In this document: positions 1 to 11,400 of the stretch, in pieces
How the letters are laid out: every line of letters begins with the position of its first letter
Position numbering within the stretch: position 1 is the first letter of the stretch
Source of the DNA: a virus
Length of the DNA: 64,000 nt
Virus record (IMG/VR): IMGVR_UViG_3300042465_002544
Location: 7,052-71,051 of that record
Direction: 5' to 3' (one strand)
Position numbers and translations under genes: made by a program
Notes under the pieces: model-generated
Databases searched by the model: none
What the model saw: only the letters and a program-made list of their open reading frames with translations
Told to the model about the DNA's origin: nothing

Positions 1-1
1 G

Positions 2-3000
2 ATAGCTGGACATAATACAAATCAGTTTAGAGCTGGAACAGGTGTTATGAAAAGACTGCAAATGGAAGGTCATCGTGAGCAAATGCTTAATAGTATGTCT
101 CCGATATCTCAAAGTATTCCTTTATTTAGAGGAACTGTTCTTAAAGAAAAGGGTGCTAATGAATTTTCAGGTGTAGGTGCTAGAGAACTTCTAATGTACA
201 TTAAGAACGGAATGTTTGAAAAGGCTATGGGTAAGAAAATCCAGTGGTCAGATATGCAATCATTTTCTACTATTCCAGATATCTCAAACTATAATAAGTT
301 TATTGAATCTTGGACAAACCCTTCAAATACTAATTCAAAGAAGGCAGTAGATAGACAATTAGAGTCTATGGCAATGCTTCCAGTTATATTTAGATTAGCA
401 AGTGCTCAAGGACAAACTGGCTTTAACATATCTTCAAAGGCTATGGTTCAAGAAGTTATGGGAAGCCCTGTTGATGAAAAAGAATGGGTATTAAATAATC
501 CATCTGGAACTATTACTGGTATCCGCCAAGATATGGGTACAAAGCACCACATTATTGATCTTATGCAAAAGGGTGGTAGAGTACAAAGCCATGCTGAGGA
601 GTCAAAAGATTTAAGTGAAGCCTTTGAAACCTACAAAATAGGATATAGTGGTTATGAACCAGAAGGACATGACTATTTTGAATTAATACGAGACTATGGA
701 AAGGGTGCTGGAGCATCAGTAACTCTTAGACCAAGTGATGTTGTTAAAAATGGATGGTTGATAGATAAGGCATTCTCTAGTGGTGCTCCTCAAACAGCAA
801 TAGTTGAATTAATGGTACAAGCAAGAAAAATGGTTCAAGAACAAGGTGGAGACTTATCTATAAGGGCAATTAAGAATGAAGGAAGCTATTCTACTTTTAG
901 TGCACCTATGCTTTTAGCAGCAGAAAGAATGGGTCTAATCTCATTTTCAGAAGAAGAAAAATTACAATTATCTGGTGCTAATCAATATACTATGCAAGAC
1001 TTTCTGGATGGTAAAGATCCAGAAGAAGGTATTCAACAAAATATTTCAACTAAACAAACTGCGGAAGCGGCTATAACAGCATCTCTTAAGTTTGTTAAAG
1101 GCTTTAAGCCAAATAAAAGAGGGCAAGATGAAACAGTAGAAAAAATAGATCCTTTGCCAAACTGGAAAAAAGAATTTTTAAGACAAAAGAGTATACCTTT
1201 AAAGAAGCAAATGGGAGGTAGAATACAAAGCCATCAAGATGAATCATTTAGAGCACCGTTCCAAAAGACAGACAAAGAATATGAAACTGTTTACAAGTGG
1301 ATTTCTGGAGAACTTGATTACTTTAGACAAAGAAAGAATGTAAAGGGTCGCTGGACTGATTCTGAAAAGTTTGACGCAGAAAGATACCAGCAACTTCTTG
1401 GCGTAATGCGTTCTGTTCCAGAGGGAACACGAATGATGAGAGGCTCTGTTCTTAATCCAGGAATGTCTGGAGAAATGTCTAAAGAAACCCAACTTGCAAT
1501 GCTTACTGCTATTCAAACTGGTGATTATGGAAGTCTTTATGGAATGGAAGTTTCATTTAGTGATTTTGCATCTTTTGCTTCAAACTTTATGGGTGAACAG
1601 TATGGTCCTAGAGGAGCAAAGGGAATAAGTAAGTTTTCACAGGTCGCATACAACAAGTTATACAGAGGTGTGCATAGTAGAGATACTGAAAGCGGTAGGT
1701 TCTTTGATGACATTGAACGTCAAAGGGCTATTGGAAAGGAATCAAAATATGGTTCTTCTCCAGTTATGTATGATTTTACTGCTGGACCAAATACTCAAGG
1801 TAGAGATATTTCTATGGGAGACCCATCAACAGGAGCACCATATCCAAAATATAATGAAGGATGGGTATCTGATGTACCAGATGGTATTAATGAAATCCTT
1901 ACATATGGAGCACAAGGATCAATTACTGGGGTATCTTCAGACATCCAATCACGTCAACCAATTATTCACATGCAGGGTAAACAAATGGGTGGAAGAATTA
2001 ATGGATATGGTGATGACTCAAAGGAGTTAGCTGAGTGGACTTCTGGGGGAATGAAGGGTGTTAGAGGTAATCTTTACAAGTATCAAGCATTAACCAATCA
2101 GGCATCATCTATTCCTGCAGGAATTAGACTTGGAAGAGGAACAGTTTTAAATCCAGGACTTTCAAAAGAACTTTCTGCAGAACAACAAACAATGCTTTTA
2201 GCTGCTATTCAATCTGGTGACTACTCAAGCGTTATTGGAAAAGAATTAAACTTCAGAGGTCTTAATTCATTCTCTGAAAGTTCTATTGGTGCAAAGTATT
2301 CTACTGAGAACAATTATCCTATTAGCAGATTTATGGATAATGCTCTTGCTCCATACAGTGCTGTTGGTCAATCTGGATCGTTAGCAAAAGCAGTGGCAAG
2401 TGAATTGAAGGTAGGACCAGCAGGGTACTCTGGAGCATTCTTTGATTTTACTACTGGTAAAAACACCAAAGGTATTAATGCTGGACTAAGGTCATTAAAT
2501 CAGCTGCAAGAAACAATTCTTAGCTCCCCATCTGGAAGAATTACTGGTGTCTCATCTGATACTCAAAAAAAGAAACCGATATTCCATATTCAAGGATACC
2601 AATCAGGTGGAAGAATTAATGGATATGCAGATAAGTCATTAAGTAAAAAAGATTTAGCTTTCCAAACAGCACTTGAAGCTGGAGTTCCGATTAACTATCT
2701 TAATAATGCTGTATTAAGATTTCCAACTTCTATAAATCAAGCTTGGAGAAATAGTGGAGTTGTTCCAGGAAAAGACATTATAGGTGCTTTAAAAAATAAA
2801 AAACTTAATCCATTAATGCTATTTAAGCACTATCTTGGAAAAAATATTAATCCATCATTTGAAAATCAAGTTGTTTCAAAAGTTAATCCAAAAAATAATT
2901 ATTCCGAAGACGCTTTTGCAAAAATATTTAGACAGCAGCTTTTTGCTTCTCATCCAAAAGATGAGCAAAGAAAAATTATTGATCAAATCTATGCTGCATC

Positions 3001-6000
3001 GGCATGGCGTATAGACAAAAAAGACTTAATTGGAACAGAGTTTGAAGAAAATATTAAAGGAAGAAAGCTAATCGTAGATGGCGTAGAAATTCCTATTAGA
3101 GGAACAAGAACTTTGCCAGCACAATATGGAAGCTTAGAGCCTTTTGAAAATTTAAGAAAGAAAAAAGATTTTGGTTTTGCTGCACCAGGAGTCCAAGCAA
3201 CACATGTTAATCAGAGCGGTTCTGTTAAACCTTTCAGACTTAAATCACATGCAACTGAAACAACTTCTTGGGATAAGAAAGCAGCAGCACCTAAAGCATA
3301 TGCAGGTGTATTGCAAGGTATTCCTAATTGGGCTACAAAGGCTAATGAATATAATGCTATTGTTTCTGCACTACAAAATGCAGGTGTTCCTCAATCAGAT
3401 AGACTTGCATCATTCTATATTCAAGATGTATTAGCACATATTAATCCATCCACCACAAATGCTAATGGAATATATGAAAAGGTATGGTCAGCAGCTAACT
3501 TGATGAAAGACTCTCAAGTTTACAATGTATTCCTTGAGACTTTAAACAGCAGAAAAGATATTGGTGGATTATTAAATCCTTCCACCGTCTCAAGAGTTGC
3601 AGGTGCATCTGGATTACCAATGCCAGTAGTTCAAGCAGAACTAACAAAGATTGCAGATGGTGTTCATCCAAATACCGCAAACGGTGCAAAGGTTATGATG
3701 ACACTTGCAAGAATGTTCCCATCTAGAACTTCTCCAGGAATGCCAATCGCTGTTGCAGCAGGTATGGGTGCAAGATTACAAGGTAATTTCTATGACACTC
3801 TTGGACAAAGAGCATTACCTTCAAGCCTTCCAAATACAACTGTAAGGGCATATGATCCAAAGGGTACTGGAGCACCAACATCTACTACACAAGGCTCTAG
3901 AACAGCCTCTAGTGGCATTGTAATGCCATCTGGAGCTATTAGACCAGGAATGGTAATGCCAAACATTCAAAGTATTCCATCAGCAGCAGGTGGATTTGAG
4001 TTTTTGCCTACTTTTGGAGGAGATCCAATAGCTGCAGCAGCACTTGCTGTTGGTCTTGGTGGATTGCTTGCAGGAAAAGTTTATAGAGCATTAAAAGATG
4101 AAGTTTCTTACGAAAAGAATTACAGAAAACATCAAAAAGAAATAAAAGAATATCAAGGTTCTAGACGTGCTACCTGTGGTGATTCTGGTGGAATAATTGC
4201 TTCTGGAAGACCTTGTAGTAACCCAGTTGATAATCTTGGTGAAAGATGCTACCTTCATAAAAAACAACCGATGACTGACGAGCAAGCTATTAAATTGACT
4301 TTGATGAAGGTAAATAGTATGGGAAGAGTTGTTAATCCAACTCAACCTAAAAAACCTTTTATGTCTTTTGATAGAAACACTCCTAATACTGGACCATTTA
4401 TATCAAGAGTTAAGGGTCAATCTGGTGGAACAGGAACATCTGCAACCGTTAAGGTTGATGGAATGGGTAATGTATTGTCAAATGGCATTGATGATATGGT
4501 TGCAAATACTATTATGGGTCAACCTATTGCGGTATCTAGTAAGGAACTTCTTGCAATCGGACCAAACGGTGGTATTGCAGGTGTAACATCTCCAGGAGAT
4601 GAAGCTAGAGGAAAGATTGTTCATCCTATGGGAACAGCATTAATGCGTGGAGGAAAGTTTAAACAACAAAGGCTTAAGGGTTTTGCTGACGAATCAATGA
4701 CAGAACCTGTATATCAAGATCAAATATCTGGTGGAAGAATGGATAATTTTGGTAGATCTATGTCGCTAATGATTGGTGGATTTAACTCAGTAAGGTATGC
4801 CCTTGAGCAGTACACATCTGAAACTAATTATGCAACTGATCGTGTTGGAAAATTCACAGCAAAAATGAATCTTGCTGTACAAGCAGTTTCTATGGCTTCA
4901 CAACTCGCTCAAGATGGTGGTGCTCAAAGACTTCAAAGTTTTGGTAGAGCTATGGACTTTAGCCAGATAGATGCACAAAATAGAGATCCAGCAATGATAG
5001 CAAGAATAGAACAAGTTAAAAAAGCAACAGCAAGATTACAAAGTATTTATGAAGCCCAAGGCGTTGAGGATGCTGAAACTAGAGCAAAAACTAAGGGAGC
5101 TGGAGCAGTCTTTGGAGCACGAATGAACGATCTTGTAGACAATAAAGGATATTCTCCAGATGAAGCACAAAAATTAATGCAAAATAGGATTAATTTTGAT
5201 AGTGGTAAGATTACTTCAAAACTACCAACAAAAGTAGGAACTGGTTTGGGTAAATTATCAGGAATGCTTGGTGGTGGATTAGCTAAATTGGGCGGTCCAG
5301 GACCAATGATGGCTTTACAAGTTGGAGTTATGGCTGTTACAAAAGCCGTTGAAATATATCAGGCAGAAATGGTAAAGGCAAGGGAAGCAGGATCTGGTGC
5401 GTTTAAAGAGCCACTAGAGACAGCAAAGTTACTTGGTGTTGAATTAAAGTCTTTAACAGCAGATACAGAAAGATATGCAAAGTTTGCAGAAACACTTTTT
5501 GGTTCTCAAGGGCGTGGTGCTTACGATAAAGTTTTTGCAGAAACAGTTAGAAAAGACTATGGAGATTTCTTAGATATTCTTGGTAAGTCTGTAACCAAGC
5601 AAGAGCAAATGAATCAACTTACAAATGTTTATAGTAATCTAATTCAAAGAGGAATGGATCCAAAAAATGCTAGAGACCTAACTGCTGAAATAGCTAGGCA
5701 AGGTCTAGCAATGACTGCATTTAATGAAATTCAAAATTCTTTTAGTTTAAAAGACACCCCTGCTGACGCAATGAAGATGCAAACACAATCACTTGAAAGT
5801 CAAATTGGAGTACTTCAAGACAGATCAAACCAGTTTGGTGTAAAGGGACAGTGGAATGGACAAAACCTTGGTGAGTTACAACAGTCACGAGCAATGAATG
5901 AAGACGTAATGTTTGAAGCTTTGGGTGCCACTGGAGACGGTCTTATGGATAAAGCAATCAGAGGTTATTTTGGAACTAAGGGTCCTGGCGGATATATTGG

Positions 6001-7948
6001 TGGTGGAGGTGCAATAACTTCCTTAATTGCACCATTCCTACTTGATGCAAAAACAAAAGAACAGATAGCAGCACAAATTGGTGCAACATTAAAGGGAGCT
6101 TTTGCAATAGCTGCACAAGATCCAGTTGCTTCAAATGAGGCAGTAAATGCTATTGTTGCAAACTTTAAAAATGCAGATACTACAAAAATACAAGAAGAAG
6201 TAGGAAAACTTGCGGAAGAATTTGGTTTTGGTGATCTTACAAATACTGGAATGTTCATAGACTCTGGTGCTTTTACAAGTCTTGGAACAGAAAGCCAGAG
6301 CCTTTTCTTAAATGCATTAAAGGCTGGTCTTGGTCCAGAATTAGATAAGATGCTTGCTGACGGTGACTTAAGCCCTGAAGAAGAATCAGCACTAAAACAA
6401 AAAACCTTAGAGGCTATGGCTATCATGAAGATAGATGTAGAAATTGATTTACAGATTGATGAAACAACAAAGCAACTACAATCAGTTCAGGATGAATTAA
6501 ATAAACTTTTTGATGTCGCATTAAAAGGAAAGCAAGAAGAAATAGTTGCTGAAGACAAACGTCATGAAAATGCAATGAAAAATCTTGATAATGAGTCTCA
6601 AAGATTAAATGATAAAAAACAACTACTACAAAGAAATACTGACTATTACATTAAAGAACTTCAAAGAGAAAAACAAGCAGAAGATTATTATGCTGGTCAA
6701 AGAGATACCGCCCTTCAAGGATTAAGTGCAATATCTCAAGGAGATGTTTTTGGATTTATTGGTGCACAGATGAAAGCTGCATCAACTGCAGATCAGTTTG
6801 GTCGTGATAGGTCTATAGAGTCTATTCAAGAAACTGCAGATATTGCACAACAAAAACTTGATGATGAACTAAAGGCTGTTGACCTAAGAAAACAAGCAGA
6901 AAGTGAAAGACATGCTTTAGAAATAGCTAACATTAACCTTGAGATTGAGGCACTTAATAAAAAGAAAGCTACTGCAAGTGGAGACATTCAAAAAGCAATA
7001 AAGCTACTTGAAGAAGCAAAGGCTTTACAGGGATCAAAAGATCCAGAAGTTATTAAGGTTTATAATGAAAAAATTGCACAAGCATATCAGGCTGCTGGCA
7101 CTGCAATAGATCAAGCTAAGGAAGCAGCAGGATTTGTTGACAAGACTGGTCTTTCTCCAGACCTTCAAAAAGAAATGGATACTGCTCAAAAAGACACAAC
7201 AAAAGCCCTAGATACCTTCTACAAAGATACTGATACAGCAATGCAGTATATTGCAAATGGTGGTGAAGGGGGATGGGATATTCTTCTTACTGGAATGTCA
7301 GAGGCTACTAAAAAGATATTTGATGATACCGCAAAGAGTCTTAATATTGATGCCAATTCTAAAGAGTTTAATTCAGCTGCAAATTTCTTAGCTGCTGCAA
7401 TTAATTCTGGAACTACTATGACTTTAAATGGATACAGAATAGTAACTAATTCTTCAAATCTAAGAGAAGACAATGTAAAAGTTAAACAGGCTTCTGGAGG
7501 ATATATTTCTGGTCCAGGAACTGGAACATCAGATTCAATACCAGCAATGCTTTCAAATGGAGAATATGTAGTTAATGCTTCTGCAGTAAAAGCATACGGA
7601 CCACAACTTATGAATAGTATTAATGCCAAAAAATTTGCTGTTGGTGGAATGGTTGGATCAATGCCATCAGCATCTTCTGCTCCAGGTTTTGCTGGTGGGG
7701 GAAGCGTTCCTATGCCAACTATATCTGCACCATCTAGTCCAAAATATAATATTCCTTCTGCAGGTGGAGGAATGGCACCATCTCCTATTGCTCAAATGGC
7801 TCGTGGTGGAATGATGAATGCATCTTCCAGTGATAATAGTTCTTCTTATAACTTTAACTTTAATGGTGCAGGAATGGATATGGTTATGAGCCACGTTAAT
7901 AAAGCTGTTGGTGGTAGAATTAGTAGTAATTCTAGGAGAATTGGTTAA
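2..7948 (+). CDS. Tape measure protein (5'-truncated) with embedded enzymatic cargo modules (3 ADP-ribosyltransferase-like domains and others)
   Basis: Frame is open to the window edge upstream of the ATG at 47. More than 2600 aa, with Ala/Gly-rich helical and hydrophobic stretches, a long coiled coil and the C-terminal ASGGYISGPGTGTSDSIPAMLSNGEYVVNA motif typical of TMPs; directly followed by minor tail genes. Confidence 0.85.
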   Translation: MAGHNTNQFRAGTGVMKRLQMEGHREQMLNSMSPISQSIPLFRGTVLKEKGANEFSGVGARELLMYIKNGMFEKAMGKKIQWSDMQSFSTIPDISNYNKFIESWTNPSNTNSKKAVDRQLESMAMLPVIFRLASAQGQTGFNISSKAMVQEVMGSPVDEKEWVLNNPSGTITGIRQDMGTKHHIIDLMQKGGRVQSHAEESKDLSEAFETYKIGYSGYEPEGHDYFELIRDYGKGAGASVTLRPSDVVKNGWLIDKAFSSGAPQTAIVELMVQARKMVQEQGGDLSIRAIKNEGSYSTFSAPMLLAAERMGLISFSEEEKLQLSGANQYTMQDFLDGKDPEEGIQQNISTKQTAEAAITASLKFVKGFKPNKRGQDETVEKIDPLPNWKKEFLRQKSIPLKKQMGGRIQSHQDESFRAPFQKTDKEYETVYKWISGELDYFRQRKNVKGRWTDSEKFDAERYQQLLGVMRSVPEGTRMMRGSVLNPGMSGEMSKETQLAMLTAIQTGDYGSLYGMEVSFSDFASFASNFMGEQYGPRGAKGISKFSQVAYNKLYRGVHSRDTESGRFFDDIERQRAIGKESKYGSSPVMYDFTAGPNTQGRDISMGDPSTGAPYPKYNEGWVSDVPDGINEILTYGAQGSITGVSSDIQSRQPIIHMQGKQMGGRINGYGDDSKELAEWTSGGMKGVRGNLYKYQALTNQASSIPAGIRLGRGTVLNPGLSKELSAEQQTMLLAAIQSGDYSSVIGKELNFRGLNSFSESSIGAKYSTENNYPISRFMDNALAPYSAVGQSGSLAKAVASELKVGPAGYSGAFFDFTTGKNTKGINAGLRSLNQLQETILSSPSGRITGVSSDTQKKKPIFHIQGYQSGGRINGYADKSLSKKDLAFQTALEAGVPINYLNNAVLRFPTSINQAWRNSGVVPGKDIIGALKNKKLNPLMLFKHYLGKNINPSFENQVVSKVNPKNNYSEDAFAKIFRQQLFASHPKDEQRKIIDQIYAASAWRIDKKDLIGTEFEENIKGRKLIVDGVEIPIRGTRTLPAQYGSLEPFENLRKKKDFGFAAPGVQATHVNQSGSVKPFRLKSHATETTSWDKKAAAPKAYAGVLQGIPNWATKANEYNAIVSALQNAGVPQSDRLASFYIQDVLAHINPSTTNANGIYEKVWSAANLMKDSQVYNVFLETLNSRKDIGGLLNPSTVSRVAGASGLPMPVVQAELTKIADGVHPNTANGAKVMMTLARMFPSRTSPGMPIAVAAGMGARLQGNFYDTLGQRALPSSLPNTTVRAYDPKGTGAPTSTTQGSRTASSGIVMPSGAIRPGMVMPNIQSIPSAAGGFEFLPTFGGDPIAAAALAVGLGGLLAGKVYRALKDEVSYEKNYRKHQKEIKEYQGSRRATCGDSGGIIASGRPCSNPVDNLGERCYLHKKQPMTDEQAIKLTLMKVNSMGRVVNPTQPKKPFMSFDRNTPNTGPFISRVKGQSGGTGTSATVKVDGMGNVLSNGIDDMVANTIMGQPIAVSSKELLAIGPNGGIAGVTSPGDEARGKIVHPMGTALMRGGKFKQQRLKGFADESMTEPVYQDQISGGRMDNFGRSMSLMIGGFNSVRYALEQYTSETNYATDRVGKFTAKMNLAVQAVSMASQLAQDGGAQRLQSFGRAMDFSQIDAQNRDPAMIARIEQVKKATARLQSIYEAQGVEDAETRAKTKGAGAVFGARMNDLVDNKGYSPDEAQKLMQNRINFDSGKITSKLPTKVGTGLGKLSGMLGGGLAKLGGPGPMMALQVGVMAVTKAVEIYQAEMVKAREAGSGAFKEPLETAKLLGVELKSLTADTERYAKFAETLFGSQGRGAYDKVFAETVRKDYGDFLDILGKSVTKQEQMNQLTNVYSNLIQRGMDPKNARDLTAEIARQGLAMTAFNEIQNSFSLKDTPADAMKMQTQSLESQIGVLQDRSNQFGVKGQWNGQNLGELQQSRAMNEDVMFEALGATGDGLMDKAIRGYFGTKGPGGYIGGGGAITSLIAPFLLDAKTKEQIAAQIGATLKGAFAIAAQDPVASNEAVNAIVANFKNADTTKIQEEVGKLAEEFGFGDLTNTGMFIDSGAFTSLGTESQSLFLNALKAGLGPELDKMLADGDLSPEEESALKQKTLEAMAIMKIDVEIDLQIDETTKQLQSVQDELNKLFDVALKGKQEEIVAEDKRHENAMKNLDNESQRLNDKKQLLQRNTDYYIKELQREKQAEDYYAGQRDTALQGLSAISQGDVFGFIGAQMKAASTADQFGRDRSIESIQETADIAQQKLDDELKAVDLRKQAESERHALEIANINLEIEALNKKKATASGDIQKAIKLLEEAKALQGSKDPEVIKVYNEKIAQAYQAAGTAIDQAKEAAGFVDKTGLSPDLQKEMDTAQKDTTKALDTFYKDTDTAMQYIANGGEGGWDILLTGMSEATKKIFDDTAKSLNIDANSKEFNSAANFLAAAINSGTTMTLNGYRIVTNSSNLREDNVKVKQASGGYISGPGTGTSDSIPAMLSNGEYVVNASAVKAYGPQLMNSINAKKFAVGGMVGSMPSASSAPGFAGGGSVPMPTISAPSSPKYNIPSAGGGMAPSPIAQMARGGMMNASSSDNSSSYNFNFNGAGMDMVMSHVNKAVGGRISSNSRRIG

Positions 7949-7950
7949 TA

Positions 7951-8469
7951 ATGGCTTTTGAGACACTTGCACAAAAATATTTACGTCCATCTTTAATTGT
8001 TTGGTCAGACTCAGAGCCACTAAACGGTGCAGATCCAAGTAAGTGGGATTTAGGAGAAAACTACCTATATATATCAGATAACAATAGAGCAGAACTTTCG
8101 GTATCTTTTGAGCGTATTGAGTACAAGCAAAGAATGATTAATGGAACAATGAGATCCTATCACGTTGCAGATAAAAAGAATTTTTCTACATCTTGGGAAA
8201 AGCTTCCTTCTAGAAAAACAGAAGTAACTGAATATTCTGCATCTTCAAATTTTGCAGGTGGACAAGAAATGCTTAAATGGTATGAAGAACATACTGGAGA
8301 TTTTTGGATGCTATTAGTATATGACGTAGATAGCACTGTTGCAACAACAGACATAAAGAAGAATGTTGAAAAAGTAAATGTATTTTTTGGTGATTTTTCA
8401 TATAACGTAACTGATAGAGGTCAAACAACAGATTTATGGAATATTAATCTTTCATTGGTGGAAGTGTAA
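7951..8469 (+). CDS. Minor tail / distal tail-like protein
   Basis: 172 aa directly after the TMP; RMINGTMRSYHVADK motif seen in post-TMP proteins of large actinophages. Confidence 0.7.
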   Translation: MAFETLAQKYLRPSLIVWSDSEPLNGADPSKWDLGENYLYISDNNRAELSVSFERIEYKQRMINGTMRSYHVADKKNFSTSWEKLPSRKTEVTEYSASSNFAGGQEMLKWYEEHTGDFWMLLVYDVDSTVATTDIKKNVEKVNVFFGDFSYNVTDRGQTTDLWNINLSLVEV

Positions 8470-11400
8470 ATGTTAAGCACTGGAAATAGTAATTTAGATA
8501 AGTTAATTAAAAATGAGATCGCTTCCAAAAGCAGCCTTGACTCAGTACATCAAGTTATTGCAGAGTGGAACTATAATGCATATACAGAAATGGATAGCAT
8601 TGGATGCTTTAAAACAAATGCAGTTGACTCAGCATCTTTTGACGATGGGGTACAGACAGAAACATATACTTCAGATAATAATACTGTAGTAGCAGAACCA
8701 GATATTAAAAGAATTAAGTATACCCCACTGAAAGATATTTTTGGAATTAACCGTCCTAATCCAGGAATCATTCATTCTGTTTATAATAATCTTGCAAGTA
8801 ATAATAAAAAACCATTAAATGGAGATGCTGATCCATTAACTATTTCTAGAATATTTAATATGATTTCTGAAGATACCAGACTTTACCCTATGTCAAGAAA
8901 TTCTCAATATCGTTATTGGAACTCTGCAAGAAAAGTAAATAAGACTTTGGTTGGTGTATCTGCATTAGATAAAAATATAAATCATGCAGCACCATTTATT
9001 AAATACAAAACAGAGATAAGTGCTAATAAGATTGTTGTAAAAACACAGAAACATTTAGGATATCCTTTAGCATACCGAATAGATACTTTTGATGGAGCAA
9101 ACTGGTCAACTGCATATGAAGCAACAGGTACCTCAAAGCAAATACAGTCATTAAGCCATACAAACGGATATTACACTTTTGTAATGCCAAGTGATCATGG
9201 AATCAAATACCTAGATGATGTATTATTGTCAAGAAATGGTCTTTACTATACAGTTTCTGCTGTTTCTGAAAACAATGTTACATTTTATTCACCTTTAGAT
9301 ATTGCTGGAATTACAGCAGGAGACACTTTGACGGTAACTAATATGTATGATGGCAAAATAGACATATATTATGATCCTGAAAACGGTGGTTCTTGGGGAA
9401 GGTATACGCCATACCTATATAATGCAGACGAAAAAACTGTTACCGATTTTAGTACTACAAATAATCAAACTAAGAAGATTAAAGGTCTTAGGTTTGTTGC
9501 AACTAAAATGTCTGAATCATATATCCCATTAGAGGTTATTGAGCTAAGTCCAAGACTAGTAGCAGATATAACTAATACCGTCATAAGCTTTGATGTAAAT
9601 TCATCAATCGGTCAGTCTCAATATGGTCTACCAGTTGGAACAATTATTTCATCTTCTGGTTCTTTGAAGCTCTCAAACACTGAAAGATTTTTTAATAAAA
9701 ACAATGAAAACTCCATCCTTAAAGATATTTTAAGACCAAATGTTCAGGTAAAGCTATATCAAAAAATGACAATAACTGGTATTAATTATAGATTTCCCTT
9801 AAAGGTTATGTACACAGGAATGTGGAATGAGTCTCAGGATATGACAGTTGACACTCAACTAGAAGACTATTTTAAATTTTTTAGAGAAATGTCTGCTCCA
9901 GATTTAATGTCTGCTAATGCAAGTGGAATACCAACATCTGTAGCAATCTTATTACTGCTAGACAATATTGGATTCAATGCTTATAAGTTTCAAAAGACTT
10001 CAAATGATGCAGATCATGAAGATGTTATTTTAGATTATTTTTATTGTAAAAAAGAACAAACCGTCCTTGAAGTTCTTGAAGCTATTGCGGTTTCAACTCA
10101 GACATCTATTTATATAGACTATGATAGCTATGCAGATAATGAAATAATTGCTATGACAAAAGAAAGAATGCTTGCTTCAAAAGAAAATAAAGACTTCTGG
10201 TTAATAGGTAATGATGGAACAACAACAAAGAATTTAGACTTTTTTGGAGGAGCAGTAACAGAGGTTGACTTTATTTCAAATATTTCTTCTTTTCAAGAAA
10301 ATATTGAAGCACCAGTAACAGACATTAATGTTCAATATGCAGGTATTGGTTTAGAAAAAGCTAGTGTATTGCTTCGTGGGCTGGATATGGATAAGAAAAA
10401 AGATATTTTGGAGGGTCCAACTTTTGGAGCAAGTGCTGATGGAAGAGACTTAAGGTATGCTCGTGATAAGGTCTGGACCCCATCAACAAATAAAGATAAT
10501 CCAGAAAATTATTTAGCTGCATCTGGATTAATTTCTAATATGTCTAATGTTGCACCAAAAACTTTATTTTCTAATACCGTAAAGAATGCTCAAAATAAAT
10601 ACGATGCCATTAGAGAGTTTTACAAGGTAGCTGGTGCCCCAGAATCAATGTGTATATATTTAGACAAAGAACTTATTAACACCTTTACTAATTCTTATTC
10701 TGGATACATATTAGTTGAAACAGAGCTTATTAGATACGAAGGAATTAGATTTTTAATATTTAATCCAGTAACAAAAAAAGCAAGTAGAAAGATTTTGTTT
10801 TCTAAAGAAGAATACTCTTTTGAAAGATCAAGGCTTGGTCAGGGCGGTAGCATAGAGCCAGAGGCATTGATTGTTTACCTTGAAATGAAGTCAAAAAACT
10901 TAACGCTTCCCCAAAAAGAATTTACAGTTGTTTCTGACGGTAGAGGTCAAAAAAACACAAAGGTTGAATCTCATAAAGGAATAAACACTGCAAAAGAGTT
11001 TTTATCAACGAATCCTGAATGGACAAAATTTGGTGGTCAGCTATATGGGGATAACGCTATATCCACAGGCATTGTAGATGCAGTAAAAGCAAGCAATGTA
11101 GTAGATACTCAAATTGGTAACGCTAGTATTGGTGAATCTGGAACAGTAAAAAGTGCAGTTGGTTACTTAAAGCTAACGGCTCCACCATCAAGTATTTCTG
11201 GCAGAGAGAAAAGCTCAATAAAAGAAAGTACTAGTATTAAAAGAAATTTGCCAATGAATAGCGTATCTGAGCAAATAATTACTGGAATTGTAAGAGATGT
11301 AAACACTCCTATTAGAAAAATTGGAACAAGAATGAGACTTGTTTCAAGTGTTCCAAAAAATGTTAATGCAGGAGAAAAATTAATAAAAGATGGAATTATT

